This document shows, piece after piece, positions 19,064-28,701 of a stretch of DNA of 64,000 nt; the stretch's first letter is position 1; each line of letters begins with the position of its first letter. This stretch comes from a virus: positions 32,001-96,000 of the IMG/VR virus record IMGVR_UViG_3300033182_000991. One strand, given 5' to 3'. The notes under the pieces are model-generated. The model had not been told where the DNA came from, searched no databases, and worked only from the letters and a program-made list of their open reading frames with translations. Position numbers and translations under genes: made by a program.

Positions 19064-19699
19064 ATGAACGCAAGTAAAAAATGTAATTTAATATACTGGG
19101 GGACTGCGGGATGTGGTTCTCGTAGTATCGGTAGTTTCATTCAAAGAGTTGGATGTGACGATTTTAAGAACACCGTGTACGACCAACTCATTGCAGTGGA
19201 ATGTTCCCATACTCATAACGTAGGAATACCTGAAGGTTATGAAGATTGTGATATCGTTGCCGTGGTTAGAAACCCATATTCATTATTTGTGAGTAGGTGG
19301 TTTGACGAGTCCAATGACTTTGAATACGAAGAAGTAAGAAATGGATTCAAAGATTTTGTGTATAATAATCCGTTGTGGGATTACTTTGGACAAGGTGATT
19401 TCTTTTTCCTACATCAATGGAAAGAGATTGGTAGGTTTCCCAACCATATTATAAGGATGGAACATATGGAAGAAGACTTAAATAAGGTCAAAGTCCTTAG
19501 AGATATGGAAAAGTTTGATGAAAGTATCGAAACATATGTCACGCAAAATATATTCAAGAACGGTTCTAAGAACGACAGTTACATCGGTGAACATCAGGAT
19601 TATAAGATTTATTGGACAGAAGATATTGCAGACTTCTTTTATGAGAAGATGGAGGAATATTTCACCACCTTCAATTATGATAGAGATTCTTGGAAGTAA
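19064..19699 (+). CDS. Sulfotransferase-family-like protein
   Basis: N-terminal AGCGSRSI (PSB-loop-like), VVRNPYSLFVS, IRMEHMEEDL, FNY near C-terminus. Confidence 0.6.
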   Translation: MNASKKCNLIYWGTAGCGSRSIGSFIQRVGCDDFKNTVYDQLIAVECSHTHNVGIPEGYEDCDIVAVVRNPYSLFVSRWFDESNDFEYEEVRNGFKDFVYNNPLWDYFGQGDFFFLHQWKEIGRFPNHIIRMEHMEEDLNKVKVLRDMEKFDESIETYVTQNIFKNGSKNDSYIGEHQDYKIYWTEDIADFFYEKMEEYFTTFNYDRDSWK

Positions 19700-19724
19700 G
19701 AGTATTTATAGTAAACGATAATGT

Positions 19725-21320
19725 ATGAGTCTTAGTCAGATATTACTTGAGGGGAGAAAAGATGATTTCTTAAATAAGTTTAGGGATAAGTTTACTGGTG
19801 AAGAGTTGAAAGATATCTTCATGTTGTCTCGTGATTTGGCATCCAACCATAAGTTCTTAATGTTCTTAGGTAAGGTGTTGGAAACAGGTAAGGTAGATAT
19901 CAATAAGACCAGAGACCTTATTCAGAACTTCGTGAAATACCAAAAGGTATTACCAACGAAAGACATTTACTTATTTGATAGTCTTCAATCTATTCAAGAT
20001 GAGATTGACCAACACGAAAACAAAGTCAGAAGGCAGGTTAAGGAGTTGGAAGGTGCCGACCAAGTATATGAAGACGACAGGTTCGTTATTGTAACACCAA
20101 AGAATCACAAAACAAGTTGTTATTATGGTGCTGGTACCAAATGGTGTACTGCGTCTATGGATGGTTCTTCACACTTTGACCGTTACAATCAAGACGGTAA
20201 GTTGTTCTACATCATTGATAAGAAAGCCAAATCTCAGGACCGTTTTTACAAAGTTGCATTACTAAACAAATATGATGGTAACCAAACATTCTATGATGCT
20301 CCTGATAAAGCCTTCAATGAAGGTTGGATTTTAGGTTCAGAACAATGGAACAAAATGAATGGTGCTATTCAAGACTACATTCAAAGTAAATTCAAAAGAG
20401 AGATTGATATTTTCAAAGATAAGGAAGCGGCACGTCTTGAGATGGAAAGAATCCGTAGAGAACAACAGGCTGAGAGAACAAGACAAAAACTACAAACTCA
20501 AAGAGAACGTAAAGAAAATGACGAATGGAATCTCAATAACAATCCTGATGAAATGGGTATTCATGCTAATGCCGTATTCAACATACTTGATGATTTGGGT
20601 GTTGAAGTGGGTGAAGGTGAAAGTGTTTATAACTTAGTACCAGCGGACCACGGTCATATGGGTCTAACAACTTTTGAATGGTTGGGTGAAGACGAGCAAG
20701 GAAGAGAGATTGCGGTAGGTGATTGGGACCAAGTGTGGGAAGCGGCAAAAGATTACTACCAAAACGTTTGGGATGAAATGGGTATTGAAGGTTGGAATAG
20801 AGACTTCATTGAATCACACTTAGATACTGATAAGGTTGAGGATTACTTTGAAGAGATATATGAGTCAATGATTGATGACGACCCACAGTCTTATTTTGAC
20901 GAAGATGAATTACCTTTATCTGAAGAACAACAACAAAAGGTTGAGAAACTTAGAGAAGAGATTGAAGAGTTGAATGATATTGTCAATTACTCTGAAGATG
21001 AAGATGAGATTGGTTTTGCCGAAGAAAGAATCCAAGAGATTGAATCAGAGATAGAAGACGAAGAAAACAATCCTGAAGGTGAACCTACAGTAGGTCAGAT
21101 AGAGGACAAAGTTCAAGATATGTTGTATGATGTAAAACAGAACCCTCTTGACTACTTGAATGACTATGGATTTGACATTGGTGGTTTTGTTGATGTTGAC
21201 GAGCTCATTGAAGATTCCCTTAATTACGACGGTGTTGGACCTGCATTATCATCTTATGATGGTGAGGTATATGAATCACTTATAAATGGTGAGTGGTATC
21301 ACGTAGTTATTGTTGAATAA
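19725..21320 (+). CDS. Conserved large-phage hypothetical protein (SCYYGAGTKWC motif, coiled coil, acidic C-terminus)
   Basis: 531-aa ORF; upstream GTATTTAT. Confidence 0.65.
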   Translation: MSLSQILLEGRKDDFLNKFRDKFTGEELKDIFMLSRDLASNHKFLMFLGKVLETGKVDINKTRDLIQNFVKYQKVLPTKDIYLFDSLQSIQDEIDQHENKVRRQVKELEGADQVYEDDRFVIVTPKNHKTSCYYGAGTKWCTASMDGSSHFDRYNQDGKLFYIIDKKAKSQDRFYKVALLNKYDGNQTFYDAPDKAFNEGWILGSEQWNKMNGAIQDYIQSKFKREIDIFKDKEAARLEMERIRREQQAERTRQKLQTQRERKENDEWNLNNNPDEMGIHANAVFNILDDLGVEVGEGESVYNLVPADHGHMGLTTFEWLGEDEQGREIAVGDWDQVWEAAKDYYQNVWDEMGIEGWNRDFIESHLDTDKVEDYFEEIYESMIDDDPQSYFDEDELPLSEEQQQKVEKLREEIEELNDIVNYSEDEDEIGFAEERIQEIESEIEDEENNPEGEPTVGQIEDKVQDMLYDVKQNPLDYLNDYGFDIGGFVDVDELIEDSLNYDGVGPALSSYDGEVYESLINGEWYHVVIVE

Positions 21321-21356
21321 TTCTTCCAATAACTTATATTACTAAAAACTTTACGG

Positions 21357-22100
21357 ATGCAATTAGACTGGATTATTCAAGACCCAATAGATTTCGAGCA
21401 CAAACAATATTTGATTCTCGATTATATAAAGAAGACTGGTGAGAAGTTGGAGAGATTTGAACTCTACCCTGCTTTTCAGGAATTGTCTTTGTTATATAGT
21501 AGTGCTCAGAGAGTTTTGGACCACGGTCAATTCATTACGTTTAAGAGAGAACCTGAGGAAATAGATGATGAAATATTATTTATTGATTTGATATATAATA
21601 CCATTAGATTCAAAGATTCTGAGGAGGGTAACGAAATATTAAAGATTGCGGAATTTGCCACTAAGTCATTCAAGGAATTGTTTATGGTTGCAAAATCTTT
21701 ATGGTCGATTATAAATGACAGTGTTAGTTTAGAAATCACAAACGACTTAAATAGAGCTAAGGGTGGTTGGGGTTACTTTTATTTTGACTATAATGGTGAG
21801 TTATATGTATATGAATATCATATAAAACTTTTGAATCCAAAGGCCCGTGAAAATAAATGTTATATCACAAACATCTATAGAGGTAAAGAGAAAGATATTG
21901 ATGAAATTATCACAGAAAAGGGGTATTTTGGTATTAATGGTGAAAAACCGAATGAACATTTTGGTTTGGAATTTCCGATTTTTAAGATTACATTTGACCA
22001 AACCTTTCCATTGGAAGGGTGTTTACTTTCTTTGAGTAAGAGGAAAGTAATGAATTACATATTTCAATCGATTAAAATAAAAGACCTTAAAATAAATTAA
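21357..22100 (+). CDS. Hypothetical protein
   Basis: 247-aa ORF in a + strand run. Confidence 0.6.
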   Translation: MQLDWIIQDPIDFEHKQYLILDYIKKTGEKLERFELYPAFQELSLLYSSAQRVLDHGQFITFKREPEEIDDEILFIDLIYNTIRFKDSEEGNEILKIAEFATKSFKELFMVAKSLWSIINDSVSLEITNDLNRAKGGWGYFYFDYNGELYVYEYHIKLLNPKARENKCYITNIYRGKEKDIDEIITEKGYFGINGEKPNEHFGLEFPIFKITFDQTFPLEGCLLSLSKRKVMNYIFQSIKIKDLKIN

Positions 22101-22101
22101 G

Positions 22102-22221
22102 ATGGATATTACAACAAAAATTGACACAGAGTACCTTTACCAATTAGTAAAAGAGACACCAAACGATTTAGAGTTAGGTGGAAAAATCAGAGCCTACATT
22201 TATGAAGTCGAAGAAGCCTGA
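22102..22221 (+). CDS. Small hypothetical protein (39 aa, not in ORF track)
   Basis: MDITTKIDTEYLYQLVKETPNDLELGGKIRAYIYEVEEA*; fills the gap between neighbours. Confidence 0.5.
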   Translation: MDITTKIDTEYLYQLVKETPNDLELGGKIRAYIYEVEEA

Positions 22222-22609
22222 TAATGTTGTATGGGACGATAAACTTCAAAAGTATAACGCTTCTTTATTACCTTACTCCACTAATGTTAGTGGGCCAGTC
22301 ATCAAGTTAGATGATGTAGGTGCATTCAAAGAAAGGGGTGTTAACAGAGTTCAAAAGACCTTCAGTGCGAAATATAAAGAATTGGTTGATGAATACAATC
22401 ACCTCATCAGTGAAGTAGAACTGAATGAGATGATTTATAATTCAAATTATTCTTTTGAACCTGTTATTGGTGAAATTTATCATTTGTATATTAGAAATAA
22501 TGGAAAATATTTCTTATCTTTGATATCTCCACGAGAGTGGAATATGGAATACATAACATCAGTAAGACTTAATTCAGAACATAAATGGGTTTCAACAAAA
22601 GATTTCTAA
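22202..22609 (+). CDS. DUF2452-like protein
   Basis: LPY.T...P, FEPVIGEIYHLY, FLSLISP.EW motifs. Confidence 0.65.
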   Translation: MKSKKPDNVVWDDKLQKYNASLLPYSTNVSGPVIKLDDVGAFKERGVNRVQKTFSAKYKELVDEYNHLISEVELNEMIYNSNYSFEPVIGEIYHLYIRNNGKYFLSLISPREWNMEYITSVRLNSEHKWVSTKDF

Positions 22610-22770
22610 ACAAAGAGGTAATCCTTAGGACCGAAGAAAAATTCTTGGACGATTTATTCAGTGCAGATGCTTTCATCATGGACGAATGGTCAGAAAAGTT
22701 TATGAAGCTTCACGAAGATGGATTAGATAAACTTCAAATTATTGGAATGTTAGATGATGGAGAAAATTAA
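22585..22770 (+). CDS. Hypothetical protein
   Basis: 61-aa ORF overlapping both neighbours. Confidence 0.5.
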   Translation: MGFNKRFLNKEVILRTEEKFLDDLFSADAFIMDEWSEKFMKLHEDGLDKLQIIGMLDDGEN

Positions 22771-23740
22771 TTTTTCCGACTCTTCATTATACCACCCAAA
22801 AGGTATATTGAGGAAACCTATCAACATTGAAATCACTGACGATGTAATCTCAGTGGTTTTAGCTGGTGGTTTGGGTAACATGATGTTCCAAATATCCACC
22901 ATCTTATCTTACGCCAAAGATAATAATCTACGACCTCTTATTGGTTATTGGACCACACACCAATCAGAAAGTTCCCGATGGTCAAAGAGGTTGAATCGTT
23001 ATGCGAGGAATCATCACTTTGAACCGTGGGGTGGACACATCTTACAAGACAGACCAGTTTCGTTGGGTGAGGTATACCCAAAGTTACCGTGGTTTAACGA
23101 TAGACCAAACGCATTTGAGTGGTGGTTCAATCAAGACTTTGCGTATGAATTAGATACTGGTAAGTCTGGGTTGTTTGTGGATATTGGTAAGGATTTGACT
23201 CCACCATTTTTAGTTCAGGGTTACTTCTTCAACTACAGATTTTGGCACCACAACAGAGACTATATCTTGGATATGTTTACATTGGATGAGGAACTAAGGG
23301 ATTGGATGTACTACCACTATGGTAACCTTTTCCAAGAAAAGACAATCTCAGTACACTTACGATTAGGTAATGATACAGACTTTATGCCTGTTGAGAAGGT
23401 TCCAATGAAATGGGTGATAGATAAAATTGAGTCATTAGTTGAAGGTAAAGATGACAATGTATTAATTTTTTCAGATAATTTACCTGCTGCAAAAAAAATG
23501 TTGTATCTTAACTGTGATGTTCGTCGTTCACAATTACATTTCATTGAGGATGACCCTTACATTTGTATGGAGTTGATGTCACGATGTGAAAAACACATAT
23601 TATCCAATTCAACCTTATCTTTTTGGGGTGCATATATGGATAGAAATGAAAACAATCCCGAGACTTATATACACGAGTCTTTCTTCAAGGAACACCCAAT
23701 TGAGATGATTCCTTATGACAACTGGAAAATAGAAGAATAA
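22754..23740 (+). CDS. Alpha-1,2-fucosyltransferase (GT11)
   Basis: GGLGNMMFQ, VQGYF, SVHLRLGND, IFSDN, MSRCEKHILSNSTLSFWGAY. Confidence 0.85.
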   Translation: MMEKINFSDSSLYHPKGILRKPINIEITDDVISVVLAGGLGNMMFQISTILSYAKDNNLRPLIGYWTTHQSESSRWSKRLNRYARNHHFEPWGGHILQDRPVSLGEVYPKLPWFNDRPNAFEWWFNQDFAYELDTGKSGLFVDIGKDLTPPFLVQGYFFNYRFWHHNRDYILDMFTLDEELRDWMYYHYGNLFQEKTISVHLRLGNDTDFMPVEKVPMKWVIDKIESLVEGKDDNVLIFSDNLPAAKKMLYLNCDVRRSQLHFIEDDPYICMELMSRCEKHILSNSTLSFWGAYMDRNENNPETYIHESFFKEHPIEMIPYDNWKIEE

Positions 23741-23757
23741 TTATAAATAAAAGAACC

Positions 23758-23952
23758 ATGAGAAAACCAAAATCCGATTTTGAACTTTTAGCTCCAAAGA
23801 TGAGACAACCGATTCACATTACTTATCTCGCTAAATACATCCTTAAAAAGACTATTGAAGAAACGCAAGAAGTGATTAACAGAGGTGTTGATATGGGAAT
23901 ATTTGAGGAAGTAAAATTTAATGGTTACTTCAAACTAAAAAACCAAGATTAA
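23758..23952 (+). CDS. Hypothetical protein
   Basis: 64-aa ORF in an operon. Confidence 0.5.
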   Translation: MRKPKSDFELLAPKMRQPIHITYLAKYILKKTIEETQEVINRGVDMGIFEEVKFNGYFKLKNQD

Positions 23953-23953
23953 G

Positions 23954-24175
23954 ATGAGTAAAGAGTTGGTTAACCATCCCGACCATTACGGTGGGGAAGA
24001 GAATCCGTATGAGGTGGTGAAGATTGCTGAGGCGACAGGGATTGATAAAGATGCCTACCTATTCAATGTACTGAAATATATTGTCAGAAGTGGAAAGAAA
24101 GATGACAATCCACCTTTACAAGATTTGAAAAAAGCGTTATGGTATTTGGAACGCAGAATTAAAACAATGGAATAA
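23954..24175 (+). CDS. DUF3310 (SaV-like) phage protein
   Basis: VNHPDHY, NVLKYIVR.GKK, DLKKALWYLER. Confidence 0.85.
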   Translation: MSKELVNHPDHYGGEENPYEVVKIAEATGIDKDAYLFNVLKYIVRSGKKDDNPPLQDLKKALWYLERRIKTME

Positions 24176-24351
24176 TGGCGATATTGATTAACTATCTATT
24201 CATCGGAGTATTGGTGGCATTTCTTTTGGAGATGTTGGTCGGTAAAGTTGCTGGTGAAAGATTCACATTCGGTGAAAGACTATTTGTAATCACACTATGG
24301 CCGATTTCCCTTATGGTGTTCCTAACAGGATTTTTTAACGAAGGAGAATGA
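24175..24351 (+). CDS. Small membrane protein (58 aa, not in ORF track)
   Basis: MAILINYLFIGVLVAFLLEMLVG...LFVITLWPISLMVFLTGFF; overlaps both neighbours. Confidence 0.55.
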   Translation: MAILINYLFIGVLVAFLLEMLVGKVAGERFTFGERLFVITLWPISLMVFLTGFFNEGE

Positions 24352-25232
24352 AAGAAATAAAAGAATTAATAGGAGACATTCACTGTTCGGATACAGTGAA
24401 GTTTATGAATGAAATGCCTGAGAAGTCGATTGACTTGATTGTCACATCACCACCTTATGGGGTTGGGATTGACTATGACTGTTGGGACGATGATAAATAC
24501 TTTTCTGAGTATATGGAGTTTACTCGTGAATGGTTAAGTGCTGCGTACCGCGTGTTGAAAGACGATGGTCGTATTGCGGTAAACATTCCATATGAGATTA
24601 ACCGTCAGAAGAAAGGTGGTCGTATCTATTTCTCTGCGGAGATTTGGATGGTAATGAAACATCTGGGTTTCGGGTTCTTTGGTCTTGTGGATTTGGAAGA
24701 GAGTTCACCACACAGAAGTAAGACAACTGCTTGGGGTAGTTGGATGAGTCCATCCGCACCATACATCTACAATCCGAAAGAGTGTGTCATCTTAGCGTAT
24801 AAGAATCTTCCAAAGAAAAAAACAAAGGGAACACCTCAATGGGAAGGTGAATACCAAATGGTTCCAAACGAGAAGATTGAGGGTGAGTTCAGAAAGAAGT
24901 TGGTTTATGATGAGAAAGATAAGAAAGACTTTATGTCTTTGGTCTTCGGTCAGTGGAACTACTTTGCGGATACTCAACAGAAGACTAAGGCGACCTTCTC
25001 TTTGGACATTCCATACAGAGCGATTAAGATTATGTCTTACAAAGAAGATTTAGTATTTGACCCATTCAACGGTTCAGGAACAACATGTTTAGCTGCTGAG
25101 ATGTTGGGACGACCATGGTTGGGATGTGATATATCAAAGGACTATTGTGACGTTGCCAAAGAAAGACTCCAAGAGTATAAACTGGAACAGCAGCAGTTAG
25201 AAATTGTATTAGATGAGCATTCAAAACATTAA
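24348..25232 (+). CDS. DNA amino-methyltransferase, beta class (N4-cytosine/N6-adenine)
   Basis: IDLIVTSPPY catalytic motif lies before the DPFNGSGTT SAM-binding motif. Confidence 0.9.
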   Translation: MKEIKELIGDIHCSDTVKFMNEMPEKSIDLIVTSPPYGVGIDYDCWDDDKYFSEYMEFTREWLSAAYRVLKDDGRIAVNIPYEINRQKKGGRIYFSAEIWMVMKHLGFGFFGLVDLEESSPHRSKTTAWGSWMSPSAPYIYNPKECVILAYKNLPKKKTKGTPQWEGEYQMVPNEKIEGEFRKKLVYDEKDKKDFMSLVFGQWNYFADTQQKTKATFSLDIPYRAIKIMSYKEDLVFDPFNGSGTTCLAAEMLGRPWLGCDISKDYCDVAKERLQEYKLEQQQLEIVLDEHSKH

Positions 25233-25383
25233 AGTGATTGATGGTGATACTTTGATAATCACCACAACAGACAACGAGGTAAGGTGGTACGATAAGAACA
25301 AACTCAGTGGACCACAGAGAGCGTGGTTTGATAACATCTTAGCTTGTAGTGTATCATTAGTAGACGAAACCCCTTCAAGATAA
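25213..25383 (+). CDS. Small hypothetical protein (56 aa, not in ORF track)
   Basis: MSIQNIKVIDGDTLIITTTD...; ends at a terminator. Confidence 0.45.
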   Translation: MSIQNIKVIDGDTLIITTTDNEVRWYDKNKLSGPQRAWFDNILACSVSLVDETPSR

Positions 25384-25393
25384 GGGGTTTTTT
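25367..25393 (+). terminator. Intrinsic terminator
   Basis: aaacccctt-caagat-aaggggttt followed by a T run. Confidence 0.7.
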
Positions 25394-25427
25394 CTTGTTA
25401 AGGATATTTATAGTAAAGATTTTGTTG

Positions 25428-26042
25428 ATGAGAAGATATAGAATGACTGAGTCAGAAAAGAAAAGGATATTAACTTTACATGAGACTGCCACAAAAAATG
25501 TATATTTGAGTGAACAGAGTAGTGAAGTTGACTTTGGGTATGGACATGAAGGTAAACCTGCTGGTCAAGAAGTGTTTGACCACATTAGGAGTTTTGAAAA
25601 GTTTGTTCCTTATGTTTATGATGACGCGGTTTTCCCATCAAAGCCTTATGACCCTAACTCAGGTAGTCCCAAGGGAACACTAACTATTGGTTATGGTACT
25701 ACTAACCCTGACATTATCCAAAAATATCTTAATAAAATGACTCAGGAAGAGGCAATGAGGCTTTCAGCTGAGGATATAAAAGACGCTGCGAAGACCGTTA
25801 AGGACTGGCAAAGTAAAGACCCTGAAAATCGAAAACTAACCAAGGGTATGTATATTGCTCTGATTGATATGGCGTATAATAGAGGTCGTACTAACTTCAT
25901 GCAGAGTGGGGTATTAAAACAAATCACAAAAGGAAATTATAAACAAGCCGCACAGGAAATATTAAATGGTAAAGGTATTTGGGGTCACCCAGAGAGATTG
26001 AAAAAAGACTATGAGATGTTCTGTAGAGACGGAGGTTGTTAA
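25428..26042 (+). CDS. Phage lysozyme (GH24-like muramidase) with N-terminal leader
   Basis: E..F....YDD, GTLTIGYG, ALIDMAYNRG, AAQEIL. Confidence 0.78.
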   Translation: MRRYRMTESEKKRILTLHETATKNVYLSEQSSEVDFGYGHEGKPAGQEVFDHIRSFEKFVPYVYDDAVFPSKPYDPNSGSPKGTLTIGYGTTNPDIIQKYLNKMTQEEAMRLSAEDIKDAAKTVKDWQSKDPENRKLTKGMYIALIDMAYNRGRTNFMQSGVLKQITKGNYKQAAQEILNGKGIWGHPERLKKDYEMFCRDGGC

Positions 26043-26053
26043 ATTATAGACAG

Positions 26054-27469
26054 ATGAAAACATTATTAAAAGAAACGGGTTTACGTAACATTGGTGAGTT
26101 AGCCAAAAGATATCCAAAGGCAAAGATTTACTTCCACCAAGATTTGGATGGGGTAACAACAGCTTTGGCGATGAAGAATTATTTGGAAGACAATGGTATC
26201 AAAGTGGTTGATGCTGAGATTATCCAATACGGTGATAAAGAGTTTGCGGTTAAGAAACAAGATGCCACGGGTGATACGATGCCAGTCTTAGTTGACTTTG
26301 CTCACGGTAAACCAATGTTCGTTATCCACACTGACCACCACGATAGTCAAAGTGGTGTTGAAGGTGATACCGCCACATCATTTAGACCTTCACGTTCAAA
26401 TGTTGCAACAATCTCAGATGTGATGTCACCAAAGGACATCTTTCCTGCTGACGATATTACTTTAATTTCAACTGTGGATTCTGCAGACTTTGCTAAGTAT
26501 GGATTGAAACCAAAAGATATTATGAACTTCATCTTTAGATTAGATAAAGATAAGTCGCTACAAAAGAATAAAATGGCTTTAGGTTTGGCCGCAAACAAAT
26601 TGATGTTGGCGTATAAGAACAAACCTGGTTTTATGGAGGAGTTGGTGATGACATCAAAACCATCATTGTTGAACATCTTCCAAAACATTAGAAGAATTGC
26701 TGACAGAGAAAACTATGCGTCTCCATTGATGATGGCTGCGAATCAAGAAGACTACATTGAGCAGAGAAATCAAGACCCGAACCTTAATTATAAAGATGGT
26801 ATCATTTACCAATACGGTGGAGGTAAGATGTTCAAACCAGGTTCATACGACAGATACACACCATTTGAATTACATCCTGACGCTGACTTCTTAATTACGG
26901 TTTGGCCGATGGGATTGGTTCAGGCATCATGTAACCCATTCAAAAAAGAAAGAGAGTTAAAAGGTGTGAACTTAGGTGAGATTGCTCAAGAAGTGTTGAG
27001 TAAGTGGGAACCTAAATTAAGAGAGAAGATTATTCCTTTATCAACCATCAAATGGATTTCTGAGAGTAGTAAACAATTTGGTGAGGATTCTGTAGGTTTC
27101 ACAAACGCAGATTTGGAAGCGTTCTACGGTAAGAAGATTAGAGGAATGGAAGGTGGTGACCAGTATATGGAAAACCTAAAACAAATTATGGATAAGAACT
27201 TCTCTGAGTTAAGTGAAGATGAAATGAAAGTGTTGGACAACTTGGGTGTTCCTGCTTGGGAGATGATTCAAGCAAACTCAGGTGGTCACAAATGTATTAC
27301 AAATATTTCAGCTCTTAACTACTTTGGTAGAAGTAACAGACCTCCTCAAGGTGGATACAAATATAACAGAGGTGGTGGAGATGCACCATACGTTAAGTTC
27401 GCTAAGATGATAGGACAGGAGTTCTATAGAATATTAAGGGAAAAGATTGACGGAAGTAAATCAGAATAA
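26054..27469 (+). CDS. DHH-family phosphoesterase-like protein
   Basis: HQDLDG, VLVDF, TDHHD, VDSAD, SGGH motifs. Confidence 0.72.
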   Translation: MKTLLKETGLRNIGELAKRYPKAKIYFHQDLDGVTTALAMKNYLEDNGIKVVDAEIIQYGDKEFAVKKQDATGDTMPVLVDFAHGKPMFVIHTDHHDSQSGVEGDTATSFRPSRSNVATISDVMSPKDIFPADDITLISTVDSADFAKYGLKPKDIMNFIFRLDKDKSLQKNKMALGLAANKLMLAYKNKPGFMEELVMTSKPSLLNIFQNIRRIADRENYASPLMMAANQEDYIEQRNQDPNLNYKDGIIYQYGGGKMFKPGSYDRYTPFELHPDADFLITVWPMGLVQASCNPFKKERELKGVNLGEIAQEVLSKWEPKLREKIIPLSTIKWISESSKQFGEDSVGFTNADLEAFYGKKIRGMEGGDQYMENLKQIMDKNFSELSEDEMKVLDNLGVPAWEMIQANSGGHKCITNISALNYFGRSNRPPQGGYKYNRGGGDAPYVKFAKMIGQEFYRILREKIDGSKSE

Positions 27470-27817
27470 TGAGAAGGAGACTTTGTCTCCTTTTTTTATG
27501 CCGAGTTGTTTTGTCATACCTGCTGGTAGTTCCAATACTTTATCACCATAACCAGTATAAGATTCACATTCCAACTCATCTTTACAGATAGGACAATTTT
27601 CGTGGATGGTATCTACTTCGTCGTTATTGATAAAAATAATATCCAAAGGAACAATACAATCAAACATCCAAAACGATTGTTCACCTTTGGTTGGCATCAA
27701 GAAATACATACCTTGAAACTCATCATTAAAACGCTGTCCTTGCATTCCTTTGGTGATGGCTTCTTTGGTAACACAAAGTTTAACTTTGATATCTGTATTT
27801 CCTATTGAAACTTTCAT
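27461..27817 (-). CDS. DUF192 family protein
   Basis: GMQG..GMYF..SFWM..C.VPLDIIFI..VLELPAG...GIKKGD. Confidence 0.85.
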   Translation of the reverse strand: MKVSIGNTDIKVKLCVTKEAITKGMQGQRFNDEFQGMYFLMPTKGEQSFWMFDCIVPLDIIFINNDEVDTIHENCPICKDELECESYTGYGDKVLELPAGMTKQLGIKKGDKVSFSLF

Positions 27818-27846
27818 ATACTTATAAATATCTAAACAATCATAAT

Positions 27847-28254
27847 ATGAATAAATACGGAGGAGTAATTGTAAGGTGTAACAATAAGGTATTGTTATGT
27901 AAAAGAAATGCTGAAGGCTCATTACCTGGTCATTGGTCGTGTCCGGCTGGTAGTGTTGAAGAAGGTGAAGAACCATTGAAAGGTGCGATGAGAGAGTTTT
28001 TTGAAGAAACTAACATCAAACTATTGAAAACGCCACAGTTTTGTGGTATAATTAAGAGAACCAATAGAGACGGTAGTGAGATTAAAGGTGAAATGTATTG
28101 TTACCTTTATGATTGTGAAGAAGAAGTATATCCTGATTTAGATAAAGCTAAGGACGGTGATGAACATACAGAATGTGGTTACTTCGGAAAAGACGAGTTA
28201 CCTTCTCCAATGACGGAACAATTTAATAAATTACTAAATATAATCTTAAAATGA
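27847..28254 (+). CDS. NUDIX hydrolase
   Basis: Nudix box GSVEEGEEPLKGAMREFFEETNI. Confidence 0.9.
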   Translation: MNKYGGVIVRCNNKVLLCKRNAEGSLPGHWSCPAGSVEEGEEPLKGAMREFFEETNIKLLKTPQFCGIIKRTNRDGSEIKGEMYCYLYDCEEEVYPDLDKAKDGDEHTECGYFGKDELPSPMTEQFNKLLNIILK

Positions 28255-28466
28255 GTTTAATGTATCAAGCCCTCGTAGCAAAATACGAAGCAGACCTTTT
28301 AGAAGCAAAGGCAACCTTAGAAGTTTACCTAAACAATTCAGTTGGTATTGGTGAACACCCTCAACACTTGGAAGAAATGGACAAGATGGTCGGGAGAATG
28401 GAATCTGCAAGTGGAAAATTAAAAGCGCTTAAATCTAATTTCAATGAAAAGGGTATGGCAATCTAA
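28251..28466 (+). CDS. Conserved phage hypothetical protein
   Basis: VGIGEHP motif within a helical 71-aa ORF. Confidence 0.6.
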   Translation: MSLMYQALVAKYEADLLEAKATLEVYLNNSVGIGEHPQHLEEMDKMVGRMESASGKLKALKSNFNEKGMAI

Positions 28467-28554
28467 CGAGCCACTAAGGAAACATTCAGGGTATTTCAAA
28501 CTATCTTATAACCCAATGGGTTACATCATAAAGGAAATGACCAAAAAAATTAAG

Positions 28555-28582
28555 AAAACTGCTTGACCGAGCAGTTTTTTTT
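28555..28582 (+). terminator. Intrinsic terminator
   Basis: aaaactgct-tgaccg-agcagtttt followed by a T run. Confidence 0.7.
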
Positions 28583-28665
28583 ATTATCTTCATATAACTT
28601 TTGACAGATAAGGGAATATTTATACTTTACCCTACTGATTTAATCAGAAAAATTTGTTAAAATAA

Positions 28666-28697
28666 TTTGACACTTCCAAAAATATGTTTTAGATTTG
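28666..28697 (+). promoter_or_regulatory. Bacteroidota sigma-A promoter driving the large ncRNA
   Basis: TTTG (28666-69), N20, TAGATTTG (28690-97). Confidence 0.8.
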
Positions 28698-28701
28698 TCA
28701 A

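Noticed and set aside
1-23740. Eukaryotic giant virus origin (collagens plus glycosyltransferases)
   Set aside because: Bacteroidota promoters, intrinsic terminators, overlapping start/stop codons, peptidoglycan hydrolases and lipoproteins point to a bacteriophage
24348-25232. Restriction-modification system
   Set aside because: No recognisable endonuclease adjacent; appears to be an orphan methyltransferase
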